Shown here one piece after another: positions 51,882-64,000 of a stretch of DNA of 64,000 bases (position 1 is the stretch's first letter; the number at the start of each line of letters is the position of its first letter). The stretch covers positions 71,486,001-71,550,000 of the forward strand of contig NC_042998.1 of NCBI RefSeq assembly GCF_006345805.1, given 5' to 3'. Source of the stretch: Octopus sinensis (lineage: Eukaryota). Made by a program: the position numbers and the translations under genes. The notes under the pieces are model-generated. The model saw nothing but the letters and a program-made list of their open reading frames with translations, made no database searches and was not told the origin of the DNA.

Positions 51882-54363
51882 ATGGATTTTACAGGTAAGA
51901 TAGAACCGCTGTTTTGGGATTCATCTTTGAAAGATATCCTATTCCTTCTAGAAAGGAATTTATTTGAAACTTGTTAATAATGTTAAAAGATTTTATTTCT
52001 AGAATTAAATGGAAAGCTTTTTACTATAATTTTTATTTATTTAATGATATTGATAGTAAGATTGATAATTTTACCTCTAAATTTAAATCTAGAAAGGAAC
52101 CTCCATTTAATAAAGAATTACAATTACTTGAAGATAGTATATGGAAGGTGGTAAAAAATATTGAATTCCATAAATACCCAAATAGAAATAATGAATATTT
52201 AAGGAATTTAGCAATTAAAATTAAAGATATGAGAAATATGGATGGTATTATAGTACAATCTGATAAAACAAGGAACTTATATAAATTAGATGTAAATTAT
52301 ATGATAAACTATTAGGGAAGAAATAATTAAAAATATAAAATTGTTCCAGATGATATTCTTTATAATATAATAAGGCCTCTAAAGTAGTAATGTTAAAATA
52401 TGAGTTGGATAATAAAACTGAACCTTATGTACCTTTGCACCCCAGAATTACTCTTAAAGACCATAAAGATAATTTTTATTCAGACCCTAAAGTTAGATTA
52501 ATTTGCCCATGTAAATCGGATCTAGGTAAATTAAGTAAATTTATTTTAGATAAATATATTGATAAGTTAAATAAACTTAATTTTTTAAAATTATGGTTTA
52601 GTAATAATAATACATTGAAATGGTTTAATAATATTAAAGATAAAAATCGTTATAAATTTATTCAAATAGATATAGATAATTATTATTATTCTATTAATGA
52701 AATTGGTGTTTAAAAAGCGCTTATTTTCGCAATGAATAAAGCGGGTATGTCACGGGAAGAAGTTAATGTAATTAAAATGGCTAGGAAATCGCTAATTAAA
52801 TATAAAAATAATTATGGGCTAGGAATGATACTAGAGATTGTTTTGATATACCTATGGGAGCACCAGATTCTGCACAGGCTACTGATTTAGTAGGTATTTT
52901 TCTTTTATCTGAACTCCAATTAGAAAATCTTAAGATAGAGGGTGGATTTATATAGAGACGATCTTCTACTAGTTACAAAGAATTGTACTAATAGGAATCT
53001 AGAAGTATATAAGAAAAAACTATATAGTTTCTTTAAAAGATATGGTTTAAGTATTACTATATATAAGGAGAATTATAATGTTAACTATTTAGATGTTAAT
53101 TTTAATCTTATACAGGTAAAACACAACCATATCATAAACTTAATGAGAACCTTAGATATATAAATGTTAATAGTAATCACCCATTTTCTATTAAAAAATC
53201 GTTGATTAATAATATAAGTAAACGTATTTCATTACTCTCTTATGATATAGAGATTTTTAATAACATGCTAATTATTATAATGAGGCCCTTAGAGGGGCAG
53301 GTTATAATAGGAATATTAAATTTTATAATATTAGTGATAAAGATTTAATTGTTAATTTTCGAGATACTTCTAATAATAATTATAATTTTGTTAGGTTTAG
53401 TGGTAAAAATAATAGATATTTTAAAAAAAATAATAAAAATGATAAAAATATAAATAAGAATAATAATAATAATAAAAAATAATAATAATAAATAAATAAG
53501 AATAATAAAATAAAAATAAATTTAATAATTATTATAATAATTATATGATAAATTTAATAATATTAATAATTCCTTAAATGCTGTACATAGATATAATTCT
53601 GATAATAATTTTAATAAAATAAAGAATTATAAATATATTTATAATAATGATAATAATAATAATAAGGTTAATAAGAATAAAATTTGGTTAATAGTTCCTT
53701 ATGGAGATCAAGTAAAAACGAATATTATTAGAGAGATTTTAGATGTTATAGAACTATTTATTAGAGATAATCGTAAATATAGAAACATTTTCTCTTTTAA
53801 TAATTTTGGAGTTGGTTACTCTACCACAATAATGTTGGTAACATTATTTCTTCATTTAATAAATATAAACTGAATAATTTTTATAAAAAGAAATTATTTG
53901 ATAATAATATTAATAATGATAAGACTATATTAATTGTACATGTAGAGATAAATCTAATTGTATATTAAATAATAATTGTGATATTAACGATGTAGTGTAT
54001 AAATGTATAGTTACATTACATGATAATAACTTTAAGAATAATAATTACAAAAAAGCGGTTTATATAGGTTCTACTTCCTCAAAAATAAAACTAAGAATCG
54101 CACAACATATGAATTCTTAAAAATAAAACTTAATCAACTCAACCGGACTTAAATCACTAAATATTAATTATAGTTTAATTTGGGAAATAATTTGTAAAAC
54201 TAAATCATATACTATAGGAGCTAATTGTTGTTATTTATGCTCTAATGAGTTTAAAGAAATTTTATTTTATAAGTATGATAATTTACTTAATACTGGCGAG
54301 GAGCGCAAAATAAAATGCAGACATAAGTTACTTTACCTATATAATAAGTTTCATGATAAATAG
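51882..54363 (+). pseudogene. PLE reverse transcriptase-GIY-YIG endonuclease ORF (frameshifted)
   Basis: LKDFISRIKWKAF, PKVRLICPCKSDLGK, FIQIDIDNYYYSI, FDIPMGAPDSAQATDLVG, LYRDDLLL (52951-52962), YLDVNFNL, NCTCRDKSNC..C, VYKC..VYIGSTSSKIKLRIAQH, CCYLCSNE, LLNTGEE...CRH; multiple stops and frameshifts. Confidence 0.92.
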
Positions 54364-55479
54364 CAATAATAGTTCCCTTTTAGGTTACTTTAGTTTAGTT
54401 TAAATTAGTTTAGATAATATATTTTTGGTTATGTTGTCTAGGCTTTAATTATAGTTAGTCTTTATTTATATTCTTTGTTTTAATTAGTTCATTTTTAATG
54501 TATATATTTTGGAGGATATATTTATATGTTTATGGGTGTTATTTAGTGGTGTTTTTATTGAGTTTTGTATGTATGTGTGAATTTTAAGATCCCTTTGTTT
54601 TTTGTTTTTTATTTGGTATGTTGAATTGACAGATTTTATTGGGTATTGTCTGTTATAATAAAGTACACACACCCATAACATATAAGTGCCCACTTCATTC
54701 GATGTACCTGGAATTGCATGTGAGCCTCGTATATACACCTAACGGCCACTCCCGCCCCACATGGATAAATAAACACATACATCCCCAAAAATGGGCGTAA
54801 TCCCATTCACACCAATTATATGTATACAATTATACACTAGAATAATACATAACTAACCCAAATATACAGAACATACTAAAATCACCAACTAACCACTATC
54901 ACAAATGAAACCCACACCCATACAATGACAAAATTCCCCCTCTATACCCAATTTACACCCACATAGTAATCCCAATATATTCATCCATATATGGACGCAA
55001 GTGCGTGAAGCACATGCACACAATTAATACGTACAACCCCCTAATACACACTTATATAAATACGTATTAAGCTGACATCCACAGTGATAAGATTACACCC
55101 ACTCACACCCAGATGGGTGAATTGCACAACCAGGGAACGCACACACACACGTGTGCGTTTTTTGATTGTGCAATTCGCCCATATGCATGTATGCGGGCGC
55201 GATTACATTGTTGCATATATCGAGCCCAAATAGCATGCATATGTACATGTGAGGGGTACACGCAAATGACGTGCGCGTGTACCCCCTGCATTTATACCCG
55301 TGCGTAATATACACATGGAGACTACCACACAGGTACAAATGTGTATAGTAATGGGAGCCCCATCACTACACTCAATGTATACTCTCACCCATCCGCACGG
55401 ATATGTAAGTGTATCTCCGGTGTATATGTTGAGGCTTATATGTAGCGATGTGGAGGCGAATGTCGTTGAAATTGTGAAT

Positions 55480-58400
55480 GAATGGGTGGAGTTGGGAATT
55501 GTAACCGGGTGGTGGACTAGCGTTGCTTGGAATTGGGAATTGATTAGTGTGGTAGTGAGGTAGGCATCGGGAATAGATTTGGGTTGCTGTAGGTTGTTTG
55601 TTAGAGCTGCTAGGGTGAGCTAAAGCTCATAAATGTATATAATGATTTTTCATGGTAGTTTTTTAAAGAATCCATTCATTATAAATTTTTTTACGTAGTG
55701 TTGGTTTGCTACGTGGATATAGTTTTTAGTTCCATTTATTCTATTTCTCCATTCATAATTTAAATGACGTTTAATTTCTATGGCGCGTATTCTCTCTTTT
55801 TTTACATAAGTTATTTCTATGGTAACGTAATTTTGGTTTGGTTTTTTAACGGCTAAGAATTTAATTTCACTTCATTATTTGAAATTGACTTGTAGTATGT
55901 ATTTTATTTATCCTTATGTCATATTGTTATTTTGATATTCTGGTTAATTACGATGTATTTAATGTTGTTTTCATAGGAGTGTTTATGTATATGAGATTGT
56001 GTGTGAGTTTTTAGTTGTATATTTTATTTATCTGTATGAGTGTGGGTGTGTAAATATTGTTGTATATATCGAGTTTAGTGAGTATATATATGAGTATATG
56101 TGAGGGAGTATATGTATCTGTTGTGTGTGTGTGTGTTTTTTGTGTGTGTGTGTGTTTGTGTGTGAATGTGTATATGGGTTTGTTATTTAGGTTTTGGGAT
56201 GTTTGTGTTAATTTGTCTGTGTGGGGAGGGAGTGGGTTTTGGTGTATATTGAGGTTTATAAATTAGGATAGGTATGTGTATAAGTCGTGGGTCTGTGGTT
56301 TACGAGTGTGTATTTGTGTGTGAATGTTTAGGTTTAGGGGGATTACTATATAGGTTTGTTATAGAGTTTAGCAAAGGGAGATTTTATCGTTATATGTTTT
56401 TATGAGTTTTGGTTTATCATGGTTATTTTAGGGAATTTGTGGTAATTTGTCTATTTTCGATGTTGGTTGTTTTATTACATTGTTTCATTCATAATTTTTG
56501 AGTGGTGTTCGTTTTGCCACGTGAATAACCGGGTGGTGGACTAGCGTTGCTTGGAATTGTGAATGGAATAGTGTAGTAGTGAGGTAGGCATAGAGTATGG
56601 GTTTGGGTTACTGCAAGTTGTTTGTTAGAGCTGCTAAGGTGAGCTAAGGCTCATAGTTGTATATAATGATTTTTAATGGTAGTTTTTTAAAGAATCCATT
56701 CATAATAAATTTTTTTTAAGTAGTGTTGGTTTGCCACGTGGATATAGTTTTTAGTTCCATTTTTCTATTTCTCCATTCATAATTTAAATGACGTTTACTT
56801 TCCATGACGCGTATTCTTTTTTTACATAAGTTATTTCTATGGTAACGTAATTTTGGTTTGATTTTTTTAACGGCTAAGAATTTAATTTCACTTCATAATT
56901 TGACACTGAATTGTAAGTATGTATTTTATTTATCCTTATGTCATATTGTTTTTTTTTGATATTCTGGTTAATTACGATGTATTTAATGTTGTTTTCATAG
57001 GTGTGTTTATGTATATGAGATTGTGTGCGAGTTTTTAGTTGTATAATTTATTTATCTGTATGAGTGTGGGTGTGTAAATATTGTTGTATATATCGAGTTT
57101 AGTGAGTATGTATATGCGTATATGTGAGGGAGTATATGTATCTGTCGTTGTGGTGTGTTTTTGCGTGTGTGTGTGTTTGTGTGTGAATGTGTATATGGGT
57201 TTGTTATTTAGGTTTTGGGATGTATGTGTTAATTTGTCTGTGTGGGAGGGAGTGGGTTTTGGTGTATATTGAGGTTTATAAGTTAGTATAGGTATGTGTA
57301 TAAGTCGTGGGTCTGTGGTTACGAGTGTGTATTTGTGTGTGAATGTTTAGGTTAGGGAGATTGCTATATAGGTTTGTTATAGAGTTTAGCAAAGGGAGAT
57401 TTATCGTTATATGTTTTTAGGAGTTTTGGTTTATCATGGTTTTTTTAGGGAATTCGTGGTATTTTGTCTATTTTCGATGTTGGTTGTTTTATTACATTGT
57501 TTCATTCATAATTTTTGAGTGGTGTTCGTTTTGCCACGTGAATAACCGGGAGGTGGACTAGCGTAGTTTGGAATTGTGAATTGAATAGTGTAGTAGTGAG
57601 GTAGGCATAGAGAATGGGTTTGGGTTACTGCAAGTTGCTTGTTAGTCTTTTTTTACATAAGTTATTTCTATGGTAACGTAATTTTGGTTTGATTTTTTAA
57701 CGGCTAAGAATTTAATTTCACTTCATAATTTGACACTGAATTGTAAGTATGTATTTTATTTACCTTTATGTCATATTGTTATTTTTGATATTCTGGTTAA
57801 TTACGATGTATTTAATGTAGTTTTCATAGGAGTGTTTATGTATATGAGATTGTGTGCGAGTTTTTAGTTGTATAATTTATTTATCTGTATGAGTGTGGGT
57901 GTGTAAATATTGTTGTATATATTGAGTTTAGTGAGTATGTATATGCGTATATGTGAGGGAGTATATGTATCTGTTGTGTGGTGTGTGTGTTTTTGCGTGT
58001 GTGTGTGTTTGTGTGTGAATGTGTATATGGGTTTGTTATTTAGGTTTTGGGATGTATGAGTTAATTTGTCTGTGTGGGAGGGAGTGGGTTTTGTGTATGT
58101 ATATGGGTTTATAAGTTAGTTTAGGTATGTGTATAAGTCGTGGGTCTGTGGTTTACGTGTGTGTTTGTGTGTGAATGTTTAGGTTAGGGGGATTACTATA
58201 TAGGTTTGTTATAGAGTTTAGCAAATGGAGGTTTTATCGTTATATGTTTTTTATCGCAATGTTTTTTAAGAGTTTTGGTTTATCATGGTTTTTTTTAGGG
58301 AATTCGTAGTAATTTGTCTATTTTCGATGTTGGTTGTTTTATTATATTGTTTCATTCATAATTTTTGAGTGGTGTTCGTTTTGTCACGTGAATTTATTTT

Positions 58401-59100
58401 AATTCCATTTATTCCATTTCTCCATTCATTAATTTAGAGATGTTCGTTTCCAGAGCGGTTATACTTTTTTATTATATGTTAAGTTCCTTGGTAAAGTAAT
58501 TTTGTTTGGTGTATATGTTGAGGCTTATATGTACTTGTGGGTGTGTGTGAGTGGGGTGGGGAGTTTGTATTTGTTATGGGTGTGTGGTTTACGAGTGGTT
58601 TTGTGTGTGAATGTATAGGTTAAAGGAATTGCTATATAAGTATGTTTTAGTGTTTAGTAAGGGAGGTTTTATCATTTCTGTTTTGTGAGTTTTAGCTTAT
58701 CATGGTAGTTTTATAAAAGAATCCATTCATAATTTTTGTGTTTATTTGTCTGTGTGGGGTTGAGTGGGTTTTGGAGTATATGTTGAGGTTTATATGTATG
58801 TATTGGTATGTGTAGGGGGGTGGGTATTTGTATATGTCGTGTGGGTGTGTGGTTTACGTGTGTGTATTTGTGTGTGAATTTAGGTAGGGGGGATTGCTAT
58901 ATAGGTTTGTTATAGAGTTTAGTAAAGGGAGATTTTATCATTATATGTTTTTATGAGTTTTGGTTATCATGGTAGGTTTGATAAGGAATTTGTAGTAATT
59001 TGTGTCTATTGCGATGTCTGTTGTTTTATTGCATTGTTTCATTCATAATTTTTAAGTAGTGTTCGTTTTTACCAAGTGAATATAATTTTTAATTCCATTT
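55480..59100 (+). repeat. Hierarchical G/T-rich tandem repeat array within the PLE 3' region
   Basis: Unit starts AACCGGG(T/A)GGTGGACTAGCG at ~55503, ~56527 and ~57544 (period ~1.02 kb; third unit internally deleted). Shorter subunits (TATAGGTTTGTTATAGAGTTTAG; CATTGTTTCATTCATAATTTTT) recur to ~59100. Confidence 0.9.
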
Positions 59101-59608
59101 ATTCTATTTCTCCGTTCATAGTTTTGAGTGATGCCCGTTTTCTAGAGCGTGAATGTGGGTTGTATGTGTGTGTGTGTGTGGGAGTATGAATAAGTATTGT
59201 GTTGAAGTATTTAGCTATTTTATTTATTTATAGTTGCCTAGACATTTTTATGTGTATGTATAGGGATATATATATAGGTGTGTGATTTAGTGTATGTAGT
59301 TAGATATGGTTATATATAATTAGGTATATGCGTATGGGTGTTATAGTTTTTGTATATATATTTATTATTATTTATTATTTTAATTTTTTTTATTTTATTT
59401 TTTATATTTTTTTTTTATATTTCATATTTTATATTTTATATTTAATTGTTGATAGGTTTTTTAGTTTATATATTGTTTATATATTGATTATATATGGATT
59501 ATAGATAGGTTATATATGGATTATATACTTATATTTTTTCATTCATACTTTAATTATTTTAAAATTAATTTTTTATATTTTAAAATATTGATTTTTTAGA
59601 TTGGAAGT

Positions 59609-59651
59609 CCACCTGAAGATTGTCGATCAAGACAAGAAACGATTGTAGTGG
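59609..59651 (+). ncRNA. Minimal type I hammerhead ribozyme at the PLE 3' end
   Basis: CCAC-CUGAAGA-UUGUC(GAUCAA)GACAA-GAAA-C(GAUU)G-UA^GUGG: stem I CCAC/GUGG, 5-bp stem II, short stem III, predicted cleavage after GUA (A59647). Confidence 0.85.
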
Positions 59652-59739
59652 CGGTTTTTTTGACTATTTATTAAAATTTTATGTATTGATTAAGTCTTTC
59701 CTTGTTTGTTTTGCAAAATAGTGGTTTTGTCTCGAATAA

Positions 59740-59777
<38 letters not shown>

Positions 59778-61199
59778 GTACTCTTCCGTGATAGAGAATT
59801 TAGGAAGAATTCAGAAATAGTATGCAATTATGCCTGGCAATTTTTCCTTAGTTTTTGGCGAGTTATTCTTTAAAATTTATCGATTAATAGCATTTAAAGC
59901 CATGTGTATTGTGCCCTTTTAAATAAATATTATATATATGTTTGTGCGTCTGTGTGAGTGTGCTCGTGTGTGTGTGAGACATAATATGTCTGTATACGTG
60001 TGTATATCCATATGCATATGTCTTTGTGTAATGTTTGCATATATGTCTATCTTTCGTATGGTGTATATATGTGTTTCTCTTCACATATTTCATTTGCCCC
60101 ACTCATGCAGTTCAGTAGATATTCAATAGTTTTTAGCATAATTCAATAAACCAATTCTGCACAGTTATCAAAATGCGAATAAATACGGCCCCAGAAAAAC
60201 TATGCAATTATAACATAGAATTTTTCTTAGCTTATTGGGAATTATTCTTAAAAAAAAAGCTTATCGATCTGTTATTTTGATTCAATATCAGGGAATTAGT
60301 GCTATTATTTTAGATAATGTGGAGAACAATGTTAGTTCATTAATACGATGAACAAAACAAATGAATTAATAATTCTTGAATGCTTTTGAATATAATATTA
60401 TTGGCACACTTTGCATTACGCTATTGAGAGTGCATTGGATTCGTGCTATGAAATCTACTTCTCAGTGTATTTGTTTTTTGTTTTTTTTCTTTTCATGGAA
60501 AATATTGAGATTTCAATACAAAACTTTCATATCTTCTTTTGGGAGGGTCTCATAATTGAACTATTATATGTAAAGATAGAAAGATAATCACCTACTACAT
60601 ACGGAGGTAAATTACTTTCCGTTCATATTTACGTTGCAAATATGCCGTAGTTTTCAAGCAAGACTTGTGAAATTGTTTAAACAGAACATTGTTTGTAATG
60701 AGGTAAAACAAATGTTTATTGTATTAAGAAAAAAAGTGTTTTCTCGTATTTGCAACTAAACATCTGATCTTCTCTTACAGTTTTATTGCAAAGAAAACAG
60801 GAAGAAAGATGATATCTATTTTCGAAATAGATGATCTTAATCTGCATAAGTGGATTAGAATTTTACAGATAAAATAATCATATATATGATTTTATTTTTC
60901 CTGGATATCAATTGTTACAGGAATCTAATACAGCGATGGTCTAAGGGAATGATACACACAGATAACAGCATTTTCTTTCTACAGGGCACATATTTTTTTT
61001 TTAGTTGTGATAAACGCTCGGCAAGATGTCGATTTGTAATTCTAAATCCATCTGCTAGTTTATTATGTTGATTACAAACTACTTTTGCAGTGTTACGCAA
61101 ATATTACTTATCGTGCATATAAGAAAATGACTATCCTTTTTCAATTGACACTTTTAAAATTCGAAACAGCTATAAAACAATTATTCATGAAAATTCATA

Positions 61200-61200
61200 A

Positions 61201-61242
<42 letters not shown>

Positions 61243-61510
61243 GCTACTACTACTACTACTGGTGGTGGTGCTGCTATTGCTGCTGCTTCTATTGCTGCTG
61301 CTACTGCTGCTGCCACAACTACTACTACTACCGCTGCTGGTGCTGTTGCTGCTGCTACTACTACTACTGCTGCTGCTCTTTCTACTACTACTACTACAAC
61401 TACTACGGTTGCTGCTGCTACTACTGCTGCTACTACTACTACTACTACTACCACCACTACCACTACTACTACTACTACTGCTACTACTACTACTACTACT
61501 ACGACTGCTG

Positions 61511-61569
<59 letters not shown>

Positions 61570-61573
61570 GCTA
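61200..61573. repeat. (CTA/CTG)n trinucleotide microsatellite
   Basis: Directly visible; produces poly-Leu/Val/Ser pseudo-ORFs. Confidence 0.95.
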
Positions 61574-61604
61574 CCAAACAACAACAATAATAATGATAAT
61601 CTTG

Positions 61605-61977
61605 TCCTCTCTAGGCACAAAGCCCGACATTTTAGGTCGATCCCAGTACGCAACTGGTACTTAATTTATCTATCCGGAAAGGATGAAAGGCAAAGTCGAC
61701 TTCGGCGGAATTTGAAACCAGAACGTAAAGACAGATGAAATACCTATTTCTTTACTACCCACAAGGGGCTAAACATAAAGTGGACAAACAAGGACAGACA
61801 AGGGGATTAAATCGATGACATCGACCCCAGTGCGTAACTGGTACTTAATTTATCGACCCCGAAAGGATGAATGGCGAAGTCGACCTCGGCAGAATTTGAA
61901 CTCACAACATAACGGCAGACGAAATACCGCAAAGCATTTAGCCCGGCGTACTAACGATTCTGCTAGCTCGCCGCCTT
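61605..61977 (-). mobile_element. SINE family B composite
   Basis: Two GGATGAAAGGCAAAGTCGAC-type blocks, ending GCTAGCTCGCCGCC (head, reverse complement) at ~61975. Confidence 0.82.
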
Positions 61978-61983
61978 ATAATA

Positions 61984-62047
<64 letters not shown>

Positions 62048-62082
62048 CAACAATAATAATAACAACAACAACAACAATAATA

Positions 62083-62122
<40 letters not shown>

Positions 62123-62143
62123 TAATAAATAATAATAATAATA

Positions 62144-62175
<32 letters not shown>
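61978..62175. repeat. (TAA/CAA)n microsatellite
   Basis: Directly visible. Confidence 0.95.
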
Positions 62176-62176
<1 letters not shown>

Positions 62177-62177
62177 T

Positions 62178-62530
62178 TTGTCGGTGACCCCTAATTTGAG
62201 CACCATTTTCATCTACCAGGTTACTCAGGTAGTAACACTCCATGACCACAGCATTAATTGCCGAATGTGGTGGTCCCTTTCTGGATATTGACAGGCTGGA
62301 GCCGGACCAGAATCCCTGAGCCAACTATTGTTGGGTACTTGCGAACAGTATCAGAAGGCATCAAGAGGTATATAGAGAAAATTGGAATAAAGTGCCCAGT
62401 AGAACTATTACAAAAGGTTTTCTCATTGGTGCAGACAGAATGATCAGGGAAATAGGTTGGAAGTAGTAAGGTCGCTACGCATGACAGACTCCAGGAGTTA
62501 AAAAATCCTTGGGATTAAGAGATATTATCA
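62178..62530. mobile_element. R4/Dong-type non-LTR remnant: inverted N-terminal piece joined to a 3' end
   Basis: Minus strand 62178-62325 reads INAVVMECYYLSNLVDENGAQIRGHRQ (N-terminal-like). Plus strand 62326-62530 reads TIVGYLRTVSEGIKRYIEKIGIKCPVELLQK (RLE C-terminus), then a short UTR and a (TAT/CAT)n tail. Confidence 0.6.
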
Positions 62531-62699
62531 TTATCATTATTATTATGTAGTGATGGAGCAGTGAATGCCATCGAAGTGAAACTGGGGTAAAATATACGAA
62601 GCTCAGTACACCCATCATGACTACCCGTCTGATAGGGTACCCCAGGCACATGCATCACGACCTTATGTGCGCGAAATGATGATCTCGAATCAATGAAAA

Positions 62700-63503
<804 letters not shown>

Positions 63504-64000
63504 ACAGAATGGACAAGTGAGAGTGAGCAGCTGGGAAGATAGATCAAATCTGAAACTATCACGAAGCAGAAATTAAGAATCAGCAAAAACAATGGAAGAA
63601 AACTATATCTAAATGTAAACCATCTCTGAAAGATTTTTGCTTATATGGAGTATATATATACAAATATAGCTTCCCAGATGAACCGTTACAGAAACGTGTG
63701 TAAAAATGTAAACACATTTCTATACGAAAACTGCAAACCTATGGGTAAAATTATAAATTTTACATTTTAAATACATATATGTCCGTATTTATACAAGACT
63801 GCTGTATATATGCACATTGCAGTTTCCTCTCGGTCTCTCGCCGATGCATCCATAGAAATTATAATTATAACTACGAAAGATACAATAACACATCTCCATC
63901 GGCGATATTCATTTAAAATATAAACGCTGTATAAACAGGACCAATGACAACGCCAAATCGAAAGACGGAAAAAACGGCGGACAGATAATCATAAATACTA

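Larger units (their letters stand above)
50171..59745 (+). mobile_element. Penelope-like retroelement (EN+, C-terminal GIY-YIG) with inverted pLTR and very long 3' region, inserted in (TA)n
   Basis: RT+GIY-YIG ORF at 51882-54363. Segment 50250-51759 is the reverse complement of 58206-59745, and 50171-50240 of 51760-51826. Hammerhead motif in both terminal copies; (TA)n on both flanks. Confidence 0.92.

Noticed and set aside
55480-59100. Repeat-spacer appearance suggesting a CRISPR-like array
   Set aside because: The units are ~1-kb tandem duplicates without unique spacers, in a eukaryotic retroelement context; no cas genes.
61085-61738. 217-aa poly-Leu ORF (and poly-Val/poly-Ser on the minus strand)
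   Set aside because: Translation of a (CTA/CTG)n microsatellite.

Overview
AT-rich, microsatellite-dense eukaryotic DNA, very probably from an octopus (Octopus sp.). This is inferred from three abundant tRNA-derived SINE families that I recall as resembling the octopus OK/OR1/OR2 SINEs; I could not verify the match. No protein-coding gene can be confidently called. Most ORFs in the supplied track are translations of (TA)n, (CA)n, (TACA)n, (CTA)n or (TAA)n repeats, or decayed transposon frames; a few isolated splice-flanked segments may be exons of a long-intron + strand gene. The window is mostly mobile DNA: a mariner (4.3-5.5 kb), two CR1/L2-type LINE relics (30.7-32.7 kb +, 44.2-46.6 kb -), a hAT/Buster fragment (43.1-44.2 kb), R4/Dong-type fragments in (TAA)n (62.2-63.4 kb), two Penelope-like (PLE) RT fragments, and a ~9.6-kb PLE (50.2-59.7 kb). 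That PLE has an RT + GIY-YIG ORF, a ~1.55-kb inverted terminal duplication, a minimal hammerhead ribozyme in each terminal copy and a ~5.4-kb repeat-built 3' region. The most striking observation is two diverged, RT-less elements (876-2927 and 19010-20126) with an ORF1-like or ORF1-tail-like frame. Each is inserted at exactly the same nucleotide of the tRNA-like head of a SINE, with a perfect 15-bp TSD matching its own host's sequence variant, and both end in ATGAAATA. They look like a SINE/tRNA-targeting non-autonomous retroelement family. The window also carries many long fold-back palindromes.
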